Assembly (NCBI GenBank): GCA_038496445.1
Contig: JALMLS010000065.1
Span: 186,001-250,000, forward strand
Length of the DNA stretch: 64,000 nt
Direction: 5' to 3'
Source: Trichosphaerium sp. ATCC 40318
Taxonomy: Eukaryota > Protista > Tubulinea
Below are positions 12,082 through 24,587 of the stretch, one piece after another (positions within the stretch are counted from its first letter, which is position 1; every line of letters begins with the position of its first letter). Below the pieces are notes generated by a model that did not search any database, had not been told where the DNA came from, and worked only from the letters and a program-made list of their open reading frames with translations. The position numbers were made by a program, and so were the translations under genes.

Positions 12082-14196
12082 ATGCGTTTGGTAATCTTAG
12101 CAACGTTTTTGATACTATCTCTTTATTCACAAAGTGCATACTCGCAAGGCCATCGTGTAACAGCAAAAACTCATGGATGCACATTGGTAAGTGATAGAGC
12201 TAGGCTTCATTCTGTTTGCCGGATTGTTTAAATCTTCCGTTTAATCGTTTCGTAGGATGAAGCATTACAAAGTGTAAGAGAGATGGCTGTATCAAAATGT
12301 CAAAGTGTTTGTGACTCAACACTTGCCACTTCATGCACTAATATCATTGTTGGTACCCTTGGTACTTGCAGTCTACGCCGTTTGTATTTGAATCAAATCG
12401 CAATTGGAGATACAAAAATTGATGGCAAGGAAGTTTGTTTTGATGCAAACAATGTACCTACAGTACCGTATCCTGTTCGAAGTATATGCGATTGCGAATG
12501 TAGCTGCGATACCTTGGGTCTTGGAAAACTATCGAGTATTCTTGATAACATTGTGCCAAAAGATAACAAACCAATCAAAATAACTGATGATTTGATGGTA
12601 AGCCTTCGGTTGTTCTCTCGTTTTGCTTTTTCGCTGACATTGTTTTCTTAGGCTACTCCTGTTGGCATGGGGAAACTTGTTGATAAGCGTATTGAAATGC
12701 CAACAGGCAAGGCTGACGCTTTCGATAGTACAGCGACAGATGGTAGTACAGAAACAGGTAAGTTTGGTTTTCTTTGTTATTTACATCTTCTAACAAACCT
12801 TTGTAGATAAGACAGACTTACAAAGTAAAACAAGATTGCTTGCTTTCAACTCTGGTACGATTAATTAGATTATCGGATTACTAGCCTTTCAAGTCTAACA
12901 ACAGAATTTAGGAACAAAGGTTGAGTGGGAGATTGAAGTTGGATCGAACTTGTTTGAAAAAATTAATCGTTTGAGAGATGGATTAACTGGTGCTATGGTA
13001 TGTAATACTACTTTAGTCTTTATATTTGATGTATCGCTAACACAGCATAGAAAGCCCACACAATACCTTCATATGAAAATGGTGCACCAACAAAACGAGG
13101 ATGGAGTAATGCAGATGATTCCAGAATCCTTAGAGAACCAACAACACTTTGGCCTTGGAGGTACAATCACGTTTTTATTTGACGTACTTTCAAACTCACT
13201 CACATGGATTTAGAACAATATCTGACTTTGGAAGATGTACTGGTACTATGATTGGACCAAGACACGTTCTCACAGCAGGTATTCTTTTAAACAACCACTA
13301 ATATCAAAATCTCTCGTTTTAACTTTGTTGTGAATAGCACACTGTATCAATGCTCAAGGAACAAACAACTGGTTTACTGTTACCGTCATTCCTGGAAGAA
13401 ATGAAAACTCGGGTACAAATCGACCATATGGACAATCAACGATCACTGTAAACTTTGAACCTGGTGATCCATTCAGATGGTATTTTACACCTGCAGAATG
13501 GAGGTACGCAACAACATTGAAACCATTCTTGATATTCATTGACATTTATGTTAGGAATCCAGCTATTTCCGGATATACTGCAACCCAATACGACTGGGGT
13601 ATACTTGTCTTACCAGATAGAATTGGAGAGCTTACAGGATGGATGGGTACATCTTTATACAATGTATCATTTGTTGCTGACTATTTGTGTTAAAGGATAT
13701 GTCGCCAAACCTGCTTCATCTTTGGGAAGTTTGTATCATTACAACAGAGGATATCCTGTATGTGACTCGAGTAATTCACCATCTCCAACATGTATTGATG
13801 GTGCTTTGTATGGAGATACCAAAGAGTGTGAACTTAGTCAATACAACTTCATAGCAAATGGATGGAACAGGGTAAGTTAGCAGCTCAACATTCAGCCAAA
13901 ATGCGTCGAGCTTATATATCTATTATTAGGTTGTAAGAACAAATTGTGACATGAATGGTGGACACAGTGGATCTGCTTTGTATCATTATCATGGCCCTGA
14001 TTCCGTTCCAGTAGTGGCAGCTGTTGCTGTATGGCAACATTGTTCAATATGTACTGCAGGTGATTTCAAATCCTTTTCTGTAGTACCTCTTAAATGTTAA
14101 CGTCTCCCCTTAGGCGATAATTTCGTGAACACAGCCAAACGACTGACACCTTCAGATATCAGTACAATAAGTTTCTTCAGAGAATGGAAACCGTAA
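12082..14196 (+). CDS. Secreted trypsin-like serine protease, bacterial V8/Mpr (S1B)-like, Cys-rich N-terminal region; copy A
   Basis: Signal MRLVILATFLILSLYSQSAYS; DDSRI..LWPWRTISDFGRCTGTMIGPRHVLTAAHC (His), YDWGILVL (Asp), CDMNGGHSGSAL (Ser), NTAKRLT; about 12 introns. Confidence 0.88.
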
Positions 14197-14585
14197 TTTA
14201 AAAATACTAAAAATAAATAAACACCAGCATACTCCTTAATATGATATTGGTTTATTGGCTAAGTAGCGAAGTGGTCTATACCTCCTTTCGGTGTAGCTGT
14301 AAGCTAGACTTCCTTTCATATTGCCACATATTGTGAGACGCAGGCTCTAACATTTCAAAACCTAAAGCCACCAAGGCGTTTGAATATGATTTCATTGTTA
14401 CATATTCCATTGAATACCTTTTAAAGCGGTAAGAAAAAGCACCACAGATGTAGAAGTACATCTCTCATTGAGTAAGTAGCTAATATGACTAATATACAAA
14501 AGCTAATAAATCGGCCAGCACACGAAAAATGTGAAAAAAATGAGAAAAAAAAACAGTGGATTATTTGGAAAGGCATCTGTATTTA

Positions 14586-15685
14586 TTAATAGCATAGATT
14601 TGGTAGTATTTGTACTGCTGTACCAACGTGCAAGTATACACCGAACCTGTACGAATCTTCACTAATTTTGGATTGAGAATTTTTTTCATTCACATGAAAT
14701 GTTACACACTTTTTGTTCATATCAAGTGTAACGCCAACAATATCATCTTTTGCACAACAGTTAATATAAACATAACAAGATTCATTTTCCTTCTGGCCTG
14801 GATGTGCTGAAACTGTAAATCCTTTAGATGGAACTACACCAATCAAAATATAATTAGGACTGCTGCTTTTGATAATCCTTGAAGGTAAGGTTAATTGATC
14901 AAGTAACAACAATACAATCTAACTGTACTTGAAAGCAGCGTAGTGAACTCCAGAACAGAATTCGCCTTCAACACAAATGCTACCGGCAGCTAAAGGTGTT
15001 TAATACTATATCAAAATACTACATGAATAGTACAGCTACTTGGGTTAGCGTACTTGGCAAAAGTATTGCCTCCATACACTCCAATAGAAGGGTGTTTATC
15101 CTTATCCGAAAATCGAAATGATTGCGCCTGAAATATTTGCAATTGAGATGCTAGCTTTTTAACACGTGATATCAGTTTGCTGACCTAAGAATAGTTACTC
15201 AACACAAGTAATATAAAGAGATATACTGTAGTTTCAATGATAGTTTCTCTATCTCCACTCGCAGTCAGTTTGAATGTAATTTCTTGACAAACACAGCACA
15301 TCAATTTCATCAACAACCAGCAATAACTCGCTTCCTTCAACTTTAACTGACAACGAGAGCCCTCCTTTCTAAACAACCGAGTTAAAAAACTAAGACAGCT
15401 CCTCAAAAAAAACGGTTTGAAACCTCCTCTCGCATTGAAATACAACAAGTATTATAAACGGCGTACTTTTGAGGCTGCAGCTTCAAATAATTTAACAACA
15501 CCATCTAACGTTCGACATTTGTATTTTATATCACCTTGTAATGCGTTGTCGCCTTGTAGAACACTCTCAAAGTGTTTGAAATCGGATACCGCTTGAATCT
15601 CCAATACATTGTCTCTTACAAACTTTACTGTGATCTCAAAGCCATTTCGCTCAAAAGAGAAGCTTGGTTTATTGTTTTCGGCCAT
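14586..15685 (-). CDS. SPRY/B30.2-like domain protein
   Basis: FRFSDKDKHPSI, SGVHYAAFK, ILIGVVP, DDIVGVTLDMNKKCVTFHVN, YRFGVYL. Confidence 0.65.
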
Positions 15686-15799
15686 GTGGTGATGAGCACT
15701 GCTGTATTTAAAATATTTTTGAAAAATAGTCACGTGATTTCAAAAGGAACTGAACAAAACCGTAGGAACTGCCATTGAAATCTAGGGTACACTCAAGAC

Positions 15800-17000
15800 T
15801 GAATAGCTAAACTGCCAGACTGACTTTTTAGCCAAAAAAATCCAGTTTCTGCCAGGTCTGACGGATGTGAACTGTGACACTTCTGACAAATCTTGCAATC
15901 TCACTTGTTGAATATGATCTACCCGAACGCCTGTAGCGGATCCATTCAAACCATGTAATTTAACAAACCCATAGTAAAATTGCTTATTTACATATTTGAC
16001 ATCTGGCAGTGTTTACATAGCCTACAGCAACGCTGGTGGTGTTTAATGTTATTACACCTCCCTCACTATTTGGTTGATGCTAGATCTCTTTTTGCTGGTG
16101 TGGTGTCAGCGCTTGTAAATTAATGATTTAAGCCATGGTCGAGGTATTGTAAATCTTGCTTATACCTTCATCTGTCAATTGAGTGAACGCCTAATAATGA
16201 TTTAACACCTTTGGTCAGTAACTGAGATTCATGTTAAGGATATTGAATATCTCCATCCAAAGCTACAACACCTTTATCAGTCATGTGACAATGCCCTAAA
16301 TTAATAATACGAACACCAACCAATGTGAAGAGCTTTATTGGTTATTCCACTGCTATTTTTAACATGTTTCAACTGTAATTGAATTATGTAAGCAACCATT
16401 ATTTGTCTTAGTAACCAATAGAGTCAAGGCTGCGTTAGAGTCACGACGTTGTAGTCTTCCTACCAATTGTAAGGTTTCTTGTGGTGAATTTGTAGGAGTA
16501 AGAGAACGAGAAGTTTCTAATGTCTTGGAACACTCTTCAAATCCTTCAGCCTTTGTAAATAAAAGGTATTATTTTGTATACGGTTGTTTAAATGGTGAAC
16601 GGTTTACAGATCAACGACGGTTGTTCGCTTGTTAAAGACTTGCAAAGACAAGTGAGAGCATAAAAATGCTAGCATAGCAACAACAGATAGCTTTGCTTTG
16701 TCCAACTGATTAAATGCGCTTGCCAGCCATGAGATAGGTTCACGAAGAAATTCACAAGACCAAGCAAAGTTTAAGTGAATATTTAAATAACCAAAAGACC
16801 GGATTTGATCGGAAACAAACGAGACTGTTTTGCCTTCCATTAAATACTACGTAGCCAAGGTAAATCAGAAACAAGCAAAAAAAGCCAAACGGTACTTCTC
16901 CTCTCAAGAAAAGCGAGAATTTAACTGAAATAACAACGACGACGCCAAGGGACAAAAGAAGCAAGCTGACAACACTTCCCAGGGCTCCAAGGCAGACTAT
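15800..17000 (-). pseudogene. Degenerate F-box/Cys-LRR gene, head-to-head with protease copy B
   Basis: Fragments SGITNKAL, INLGHCHMTDKGVVAL, SQLTDEGISKI..LKSL interrupted by stops and frameshifts. Confidence 0.5.
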
Positions 17001-19390
17001 TATCAAGCCAGACACATCGTTGAAGACCTACGAAAATACAGTGAATAAGCATGAACAAAACGCACAAATTTTTATTGAACACGTGTTGACGCAACTGTTC
17101 ACATGAAATTCACATCCGTTTCCAACAAAACCATTTTTCATAAACCTCAAACAACAAACAAAGCAGCAACAACAACTTTCTTTGATGCGTTTGGTAATCT
17201 TAGCAACATTCTTAATACTATCTCTTTATTCACAAAGTGCGTACTCGCAAGGCCATCGTGTAACAGCGAAAACTTATGGATGCGCATTGGTAAGTACTAA
17301 CGCTCTAGCGTCATTTTCATTGCTTTGATTGTTTAATTATTCCGTTTAATTGTTTCGTAGGATGAAGCATTACAAAATGTAAGAGAGATGGCTGTATCAA
17401 AATGTCAAAGTGTTTGTGACTCAACACTTGCCACTTCATGCACTAATATCATTGTTGGTACCCTTGGTACTTGCAGTCTACACCGTTTGTATTTGAATCA
17501 AATCGCAATTGGAGATACAAAAATTGATGGCAAGGAAGTTTGTTTTGATGCAAACAATGTACCTACAGTACCGTATCCTGTTCGTAGTATATGCGATTGC
17601 GAGTGTAGCTGCGATACCTTGGGTCTTGGAAAACTATCGAGTATTCTTGATAACATTGTGCCAAAAGATAACAAACCAATCAGAATTACAGACGACTTGA
17701 TTGTATGTCTCATTTGCTTCACAGTTCGTTGACATAATTTTTCTTAGGCTACTCCTGTTGGCATGGGGAAACTAGTTGATAAGCGCATTGAGATGCCAAC
17801 AGGAAGGGCTGATGCTTTCGATAGTACAACAACAGATGGTAGTACAGAAACAGGTACATTTTATTGGTTGTTATTTACGTCTTCTAACAAACCCTTTGTA
17901 GACAAGACAGACTTACAAAGTAGAACAAGATTGCTTGCTTTCAACTCTGGTACGATAAAATTATATTATCAGAGTACTAGCCTTTCAAGTCTAACAACAG
18001 AATTTAGGAACAAAGGTTGAGTGGGAGATTGAAGTTGGATCGAATTTGTTTGAAAAAATTAATCGTTTGAGAGATGGATTAACTGGTGCTATGGTATGTA
18101 ATACTACTTTAGTCTTTATATTTGATGTATTGCTAACACAACATAGAAAGCCCACACAATACCTTCATATGAAAATGGTGCACCAACAAAACGAGGATGG
18201 AGCAATGCAGATGATTCCAGAATCCTTAGAGAACCAACAACACTTTGGCCTTGGAGGTACAATCACGTTTTTATTTGATGTACTTTCAAGAACTCATATG
18301 GTTTTAGAACAATATCTGACTTTGGAAGATGTACTGGTACTCTTATTGGACCAAGACACGTTCTCACAGCAGGTATTCTTTTAAACAGCCACTAATATCA
18401 AAACTTGTTGATTTAACTTTGTGAATAGCACACTGTATCAATGCTCAAGGAACAAACAACTGGTTTACTGTTACTGTCATTCCTGGTAGAAATGAAAACT
18501 CGGGTACAAATCGACCATACGGACAATCAACAATTACTGTAAACTTTGAACCTGGTGATCCATTCAGATGGTATTTTACACCTGCAGAATGGAGGTACGA
18601 AACAACATTGAAACCACCATTCTTGATATTCATTGACATTTATGTTAGAAATCCAGCTATTTCCGGATACGCTGCAACACCATACGACTGGGGTATACTT
18701 GTCTTACCAGATAGAATTGGAGAGCTTACAGGATGGATGGGTACATATTTCTACATGTATCGTTTGTTGCTGACTATTTGTGTTAAAGGATATGTTGCCA
18801 AACCTGCTTCATCTTTGGGAAGTTTGTATCATTACAACAGAGGATATCCTGTATGTGACTCGAGCAATTCACCATCGCCAACATGTGTTGATGGTGCTTT
18901 GTATGGAGATACCAAAGAGTGTGAACTTAGTCAATATAGCTCCATAGCAAATGGATGGAACAGGGTAAGCAAGCAACTCATTTCTGCCAACTGTATTTAT
19001 AATCTTGTATTGTACTTATCGGTACTTGTAGGTTGTAAGAACAAATTGTGATATAAGTGGTGGACACAGTGGATCTGCTTTATATCACTATCATGGTCCT
19101 GATTATGTACCAGTAGCGACAGCCGTTGTTGTATGGCAACATTGTACGATATGTACTGAAGGTAAGTCTGAACCATCTTAAACCTGTTTCATTAATGTTA
19201 ATCCCTCCTCTAGACGACAATTTTGTGAACACAGCCAAACGACTGACACCTTCAGATATCAGTACAATAAGTTTCTTCAGAGAATGGAAACCGTAATTTA
19301 AAAATACTAAAAATAAATAAACACAGCATACTCTTAATGATATTTTATTCATAAATAAAACTCATCGAAACTTCTTCGTTTTGAATGTAC
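16228..19390. repeat. Inverted segmental duplication, left arm (partner 27590-30822)
   Basis: Reverse-complement match from ttcatgttaagg (16228/30822) to ctcatcgaaacttcttc..ttttgaatgt (19390/27590). Confidence 0.9.
17185..19296 (+). CDS. Secreted V8/Mpr-like serine protease, copy B
   Basis: Same exon structure as copy A; LTAAHC, YDWG, CDISGGHSGS intact. Confidence 0.88.
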
Positions 19391-19535
19391 TCTGGTTTGT
19401 TAACTCTGTACCAGTAACATTTTTTACGCGAAAATTGCCTGCAGTGAAGTCTTTTTTGACATTTAGAGCCAATCACGTGACAATTTTCTAGACTTTCAAG
19501 TCATGTTCACAAATATCAACAAAACCGCTTGAAAA

Positions 19536-19774
19536 ATGTCTTATAGCTATTCGGCATCACGTACTGGTAGTAGTCGCGACATAAGAATGCACAGTTACGC
19601 AAACCAAACCAAACCCACTACTAGGCAACAAAACCAACAAGTAAGGTTGATTGCCAGAGAACGCGATAAAAATCTGCAAAACAAATCCCAAATGACTTTT
19701 ACAACTTTAATACATACAAGGGTGTTATAAGCAGTGCTCATACAAAGCAGGGAAGAGGGGTTACGTTTGATTGA
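19536..19774 (+). CDS. Candidate two-exon 52-aa microprotein
   Basis: ATG 19536, phase-0 GTAAG donor at 19641, AAG acceptor at 19720, stop at 19774; TCACGTGA about 60 nt upstream. Confidence 0.4.
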
Positions 19775-19811
19775 TTACATTTTGATTAAACTGCGATATT
19801 ATATTATTACT

Positions 19812-22064
19812 TTACTCCTCTGCAGTCTCTTGTTGACCATCAGCAGAGTAAGTGAAGTTTAGCCAACTCTCATCAACTTCTTGCTCTGTTGAATCTTCTA
19901 AAAAAAACGTGAGCGACCATTAACCACCGAATAAAGAAGCAGTAAAAAATGTTTTTCCGTTCAAAAACAAGCTTATTCAAAAGAAACTTGTACTAACCCA
20001 TTGGATCTTCTTCGTCATCCTCTGAGTCTAGTTCTAACGTAGGCTCTTCAGCTGTGAACGCTGGATCAATATTACCAGTATCCATTTCACCTTTAACCTA
20101 AAAAGAAACAAATCAGAACAGTCTTCTTTTTGAAATAAAAAAAGAAAAACACGACGTACATCTGGTACAAATGGTGGTTTGATAGCTTTCTTTAGCAACA
20201 ACTCCCAGTCAATACCCGCAAAGTATGGGTGCGAGCGTATTTCAGATGGATTCTGCATGCGTGTTTCAGAATCACGATCAAGAAGCTAATTATAATTAAT
20301 CCATAAGAAATAAACAAGCTGGTCCAACAAAAACCGCATACCCTCTCTAAAAGATCCCTAGCATCTGGGGATATGCTCGATGGAATCTTGAGCTCAGATG
20401 TCAAGATTTTAGCATACATTTGCTGGACATCTTCAGAGTAAAATGGAGGAAGTCCTAAAAAATAATTTAGATTGTTTTATTTAAAGAAAGAAGCATACCA
20501 GTCAACATTTCGAATACTAGTGTACCAAATGACCACCAATCTACTGCTTTACCATAACCATGTCCTTCAAGAACCTTAAAAGAATAAAAGTGAGCTTCGT
20601 AGTGCAAACCAAAAATAAATACCTCAGGAGCTAGGTACTCTGGTGTTCCACAAAAGGTACCAGTCCTCGATTCAGGATCGTATAATCCTTCCTTAGATAG
20701 ACCGAAATCTGTCATTACAATATGACCACGAGAGTCAAGAAGCAAATTCTCTGGTTTCAAATCACTAGATAACAATAAGTAAAAGAATCAAAACAATAAT
20801 CAACACGACACGAAAAAGAGCGGTTGATATCACGTACCGGTATATGACACCATTATCATGTAAGTACTCTAATCCAGCAGATATTTCAGCAGCATAGAAT
20901 CGTACACGTTCCTAATAAGAGTAAACACTCGCGGACAGAGTAAAAGGGATTTTACAAATAAGAAAAAAAAAACATTTAAACTGAATTCCTTTTCCGCGTT
21001 TAAAAAGCGGGTAGCTTCCTCAAAACAAAATTCCTTTTAGAATGGTGTTGGTCAGTACCTCAGAGAATTGTTTCTCGCGTTGTAAGTGGTAGAAGAGCTC
21101 ACCACCGTTAATATAATCCATAACAAAGTATAATTTCTCTTCGTCTTGGAAAGAATAATGCAAGTTTACGAGGAAAGGATGTTTTAAACGCATTAAAATA
21201 CTCTTTTCTGCTTTTGTATGCTGTACTTCATTCCTTTTCATGATTTTCTTTTTGCTCAAAACTTTAATGGCAAATACCCTATCTGGAATATCCTTCTTTT
21301 TGCATAGAAGAACCTAGGTTAAACAATGTAAGAATTCATTGCTCTGATTAATCAAATAAGGGTAAAGGGTTCGTTGGTGTTTTCTTTTTGCTAAATAGCC
21401 CGTTGAATAGGCTTTAGAAATTATGTATGTATGCGCCAGCGTACCTTTCCAAAGCTTCCTTTTCCGACAACCTTTAAAAGCTGAAAATCATCGGCTGTGA
21501 CGCGTCTGCTATCATTTGAAGTGACTGATGCGCTGGTATTACGCTAAATAAAGTTTTAGCTAATGATATGGTTTGCTAGTTTCTAAAAGATGCGTGTTAA
21601 ACGCAGAGGGAGTCTCACCTTCTCTACACCTTTTTTAGCAGGGCGAACTGCGCTGTCTTTTACTCTGTTAAGTTTTTCAACCCAGTCCGTCATCTCTGGT
21701 ACTGTCTCTGAGCACATATGGTACGTGCGCTCCGGTGTGACTATCTCGAAGCAGTTCTTTTTCTTATTATACACGCAAGGCCCAATTTTTGTTGCTACGC
21801 GGAGGTTGACCTCCCCACATTTATATTTCTTGTCCTAAGCAACATTAAACACCTCATGAAACGATCACAAAGTGCTCTTTCTTTTCTTGCCATTTTGCGT
21901 TAATAGTGCAAAATAGACCTCACAGACGCTCATAGATAAAAGAAACGTACGTCTTTTTTATAGTAGGAGATTGAGTCTCCATCAAGGACACACCAACGCC
22001 TTTTCCAGCTCTTGTAGCGTCCACCTTCTTTCGTTAGCCAACTGGCATGTATGATCTCCGCCAT
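19812..22064 (-). CDS. PH-domain AGC kinase (PKB/Akt-like)
   Basis: PH: [19 protein letters not shown]; kinase: [44 protein letters not shown]; hydrophobic motif WLNFTY. Confidence 0.93.
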
Positions 22065-22652
22065 AAGTTATTTTTGTGCTTTTGAAACTGCTAGTAATTC
22101 TTCGAGTTTGAAAACGTCAGACCAGGCGTAAAAATACGATTATGTTGAATTGGTTACTCCGCACGCGCCAAGTACTTATTTACACCAATTACCATTTGTT
22201 TTGCGGTTTGCATAATTTGTTGTTACCAAATTAAACAATAGCTGTTTAGTATTGCCGTACTTCCTTATGAAACACTCAAGATATCGTTATAAACGCGCGC
22301 GGTGGTCCTAAAACAATTTTGTTTTTTGCAAAAAAATGCTCAACTTTTGATTGTTTTCTATTATTCTGACAGAAGGGACCTCAAGCATCTCTTCCCAAGT
22401 GCACTTGCGCGATATACTTTACAAGTAGTGGATTTAGCCCAAAAATGGAATTTTACGCGTTTATTCTATCCAAACATACTGACTCATGTGTACCCTTTTA
22501 TCGAATGAATTTATAACGCTAGATCAGCAAAAGGTAGTTCTTGTCATTACGCTTCGTTTTGTTAGTGATCGTTTAGCACGTGACGCAAACAAGTTTGAAT
22601 GTCTAAGTCACGTTGTGCACAGTTTATTTTTACTACTTCCAGTTACATCGAC

Positions 22653-24116
22653 ATGGCGTTTTCTGCACGACAATCGGAAAAATCAGAGCTAAAAGTACAA
22701 GAAAGAGCGAAGGTTATACAGCTGCTCGATGACATGCGTCACCACAGACAAGAGAAAAACTGGTACGTTAAAACACATAGAGACTCCACGTGTTATTGTA
22801 ATCGTTGTTAATGTCTATTGGCACTAATTTTCCACCAGGATGGTATTCAAATACACTTCTGAGCAATACGGTAAAAGAGACGAGCTAGCGTGTGAGGCTA
22901 CAGGTGCAGGAGGACTGGAGAAAGCAAAAGCATACTTTGGAGACAGTAAGTTCATTCAATACTGCCTACGTTCTCAGTAAAAGAGTTTCTGCTACTTTTT
23001 GAGAGACCGTAGAAGTAACCGAATTTTTGGTTTAAAACTTTATCGATTCGCGTTAAACCTTTTTAGATGATGTTAAATTTGGCGTAGTAGAGGTTGTAGT
23101 GAAAGGTACCGCGGTTTGACACTTACTAATCAAATAATTCACACTTTTTTTTTTTCGCGTCAGGTGACAAATACAATCCTGTAAAATACATTCTTATCAC
23201 TTGGATTGGTCCTTCAGTCTCTGCTGGACTTCATAAAGCGCGTTCAGCAGGTCATCGGCCACAATTGGTTGCTTTCATTAAGGTAGCTCTACATCACGTG
23301 CATAACTCTTTGTAACACTATTCTTTAAGAAACATGGCGTTGGCATATCTGCTGAGTACCAAGCCGATTCGCTAGCGGACTTGGATTACGAAAATATCGC
23401 CCAAAAGGTTATGCAACGCAGGCAAGAAGTCGCTACTACTGTAACAGCTGAAAGATCTGACATGGCACGTGATATTTTTATTTTTAATGACTTTTGTTAA
23501 ATCACGTGTTAACGTAGTTGTTAGAGTCGTTCTCATGCTGTCTCTGGCGATACTAAAACATCTGGTCTCGTTGTATCAACAACTGTCGATGGCCCTCTTC
23601 GCGAGCTTTATGGCAGAACTAAGGAATGGGTTCTTATGGCGTATGCTGGTAGAGATGAGCTTACATTTGTAGAAGCTGGAAGCACTGGACTTGGTACGAC
23701 GACGTTGATATAAATTCATGCTGACTTACCTTTTGTTTTCAGACGCTATCAAGAAGTTCTTTGATCCAAGTTCCATTAAGTTTTGTATGTATGCTTTGAC
23801 TTACAGGTGAGTTTTGGTTCTACTTCTGAAATCAAGAAAAGTTAATTTTTGGTTTTTTAAGGCCTACAGGATATGTTGATGATCAAACAAAGTTTATTCT
23901 CATTTCCTTGGTCGGAGAAAATGCTCCACCGCTTCAGAAAGCTAGATCAGGTGGCCACAGACAGACCCTTATTGATTACGGTAATTTTTCTTTTTTTTTT
24001 GTTGTATTTTTCTGAGTTTCTACATAGTCGGTAAATTTGGCGCAGTGCATACCCAATTTCAACCAGAGAGCCCAGAAGATATCTTCACGAAAAACATTAC
24101 ATCAAAGTTCAAGTGA
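22653..24116 (+). CDS. Tandem ADF-H domain actin-binding protein (coactosin-like)
   Basis: Two repeats: GAGGLE..KYILITWIGPSVSAGLHKARSAGH and GSTGLD..KFILISLVGENAPPLQKARSGGH. Confidence 0.82.
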
Positions 24117-24587
24117 TACAAATACTTGGATTAAAAACAGTGATTGGCTAGTGTACTGTGAAACCTTTTCAAAAATAAGAAATGTCGTACCTTGTTCAAT
24201 TCGATTTACCATCAAGTCTTTGGTTTATTTCCTCTGATAGTGACATTTTTGAAGTAACATTAAAAATCTCTCAAAGGGTGAGTGTTATAGCATATCAATG
24301 ATATACCAACTTGTGATATCTCGCTATCCATCAATTTCAGCAATATAGCTAAAGCTATATTTGGGCTTCTACAAGTATTAGTCACTTTAATTTAGTGTTC
24401 CGTCTATGGCGGTTAACCTGGTAGTGTATTTGTGTTTATAACAATCACGTGTTGTGTAAAGTCACTCAGTTTGACATGTTTTATTTTGAAGGTAATGTAT
24501 CCCGCAAGGTGAATAACTATTGCTTGTGTAAAATCACCTTAAGTCACATACGTTAAGCTCTATGATTGTAAAGTTCGTTGTAAAACA

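Noticed and set aside
14276-14461. 61-aa ORF faintly like a methyltransferase C-terminus
   Set aside because: No supporting exons or SAM-binding motif.
16752-17015. Hydrophobic ORF MSGLIIVCLG.. (and 29948-30376) as a membrane protein
   Set aside because: Alternative frame over the decayed F-box/LRR relic; not preserved upstream of copy A.
17103-17300. ORF MKFTSVSNK.. as the protease N-terminus
   Set aside because: The overlapping frame from 17185 gives a signal peptide, splices in phase and is conserved in all four copies.
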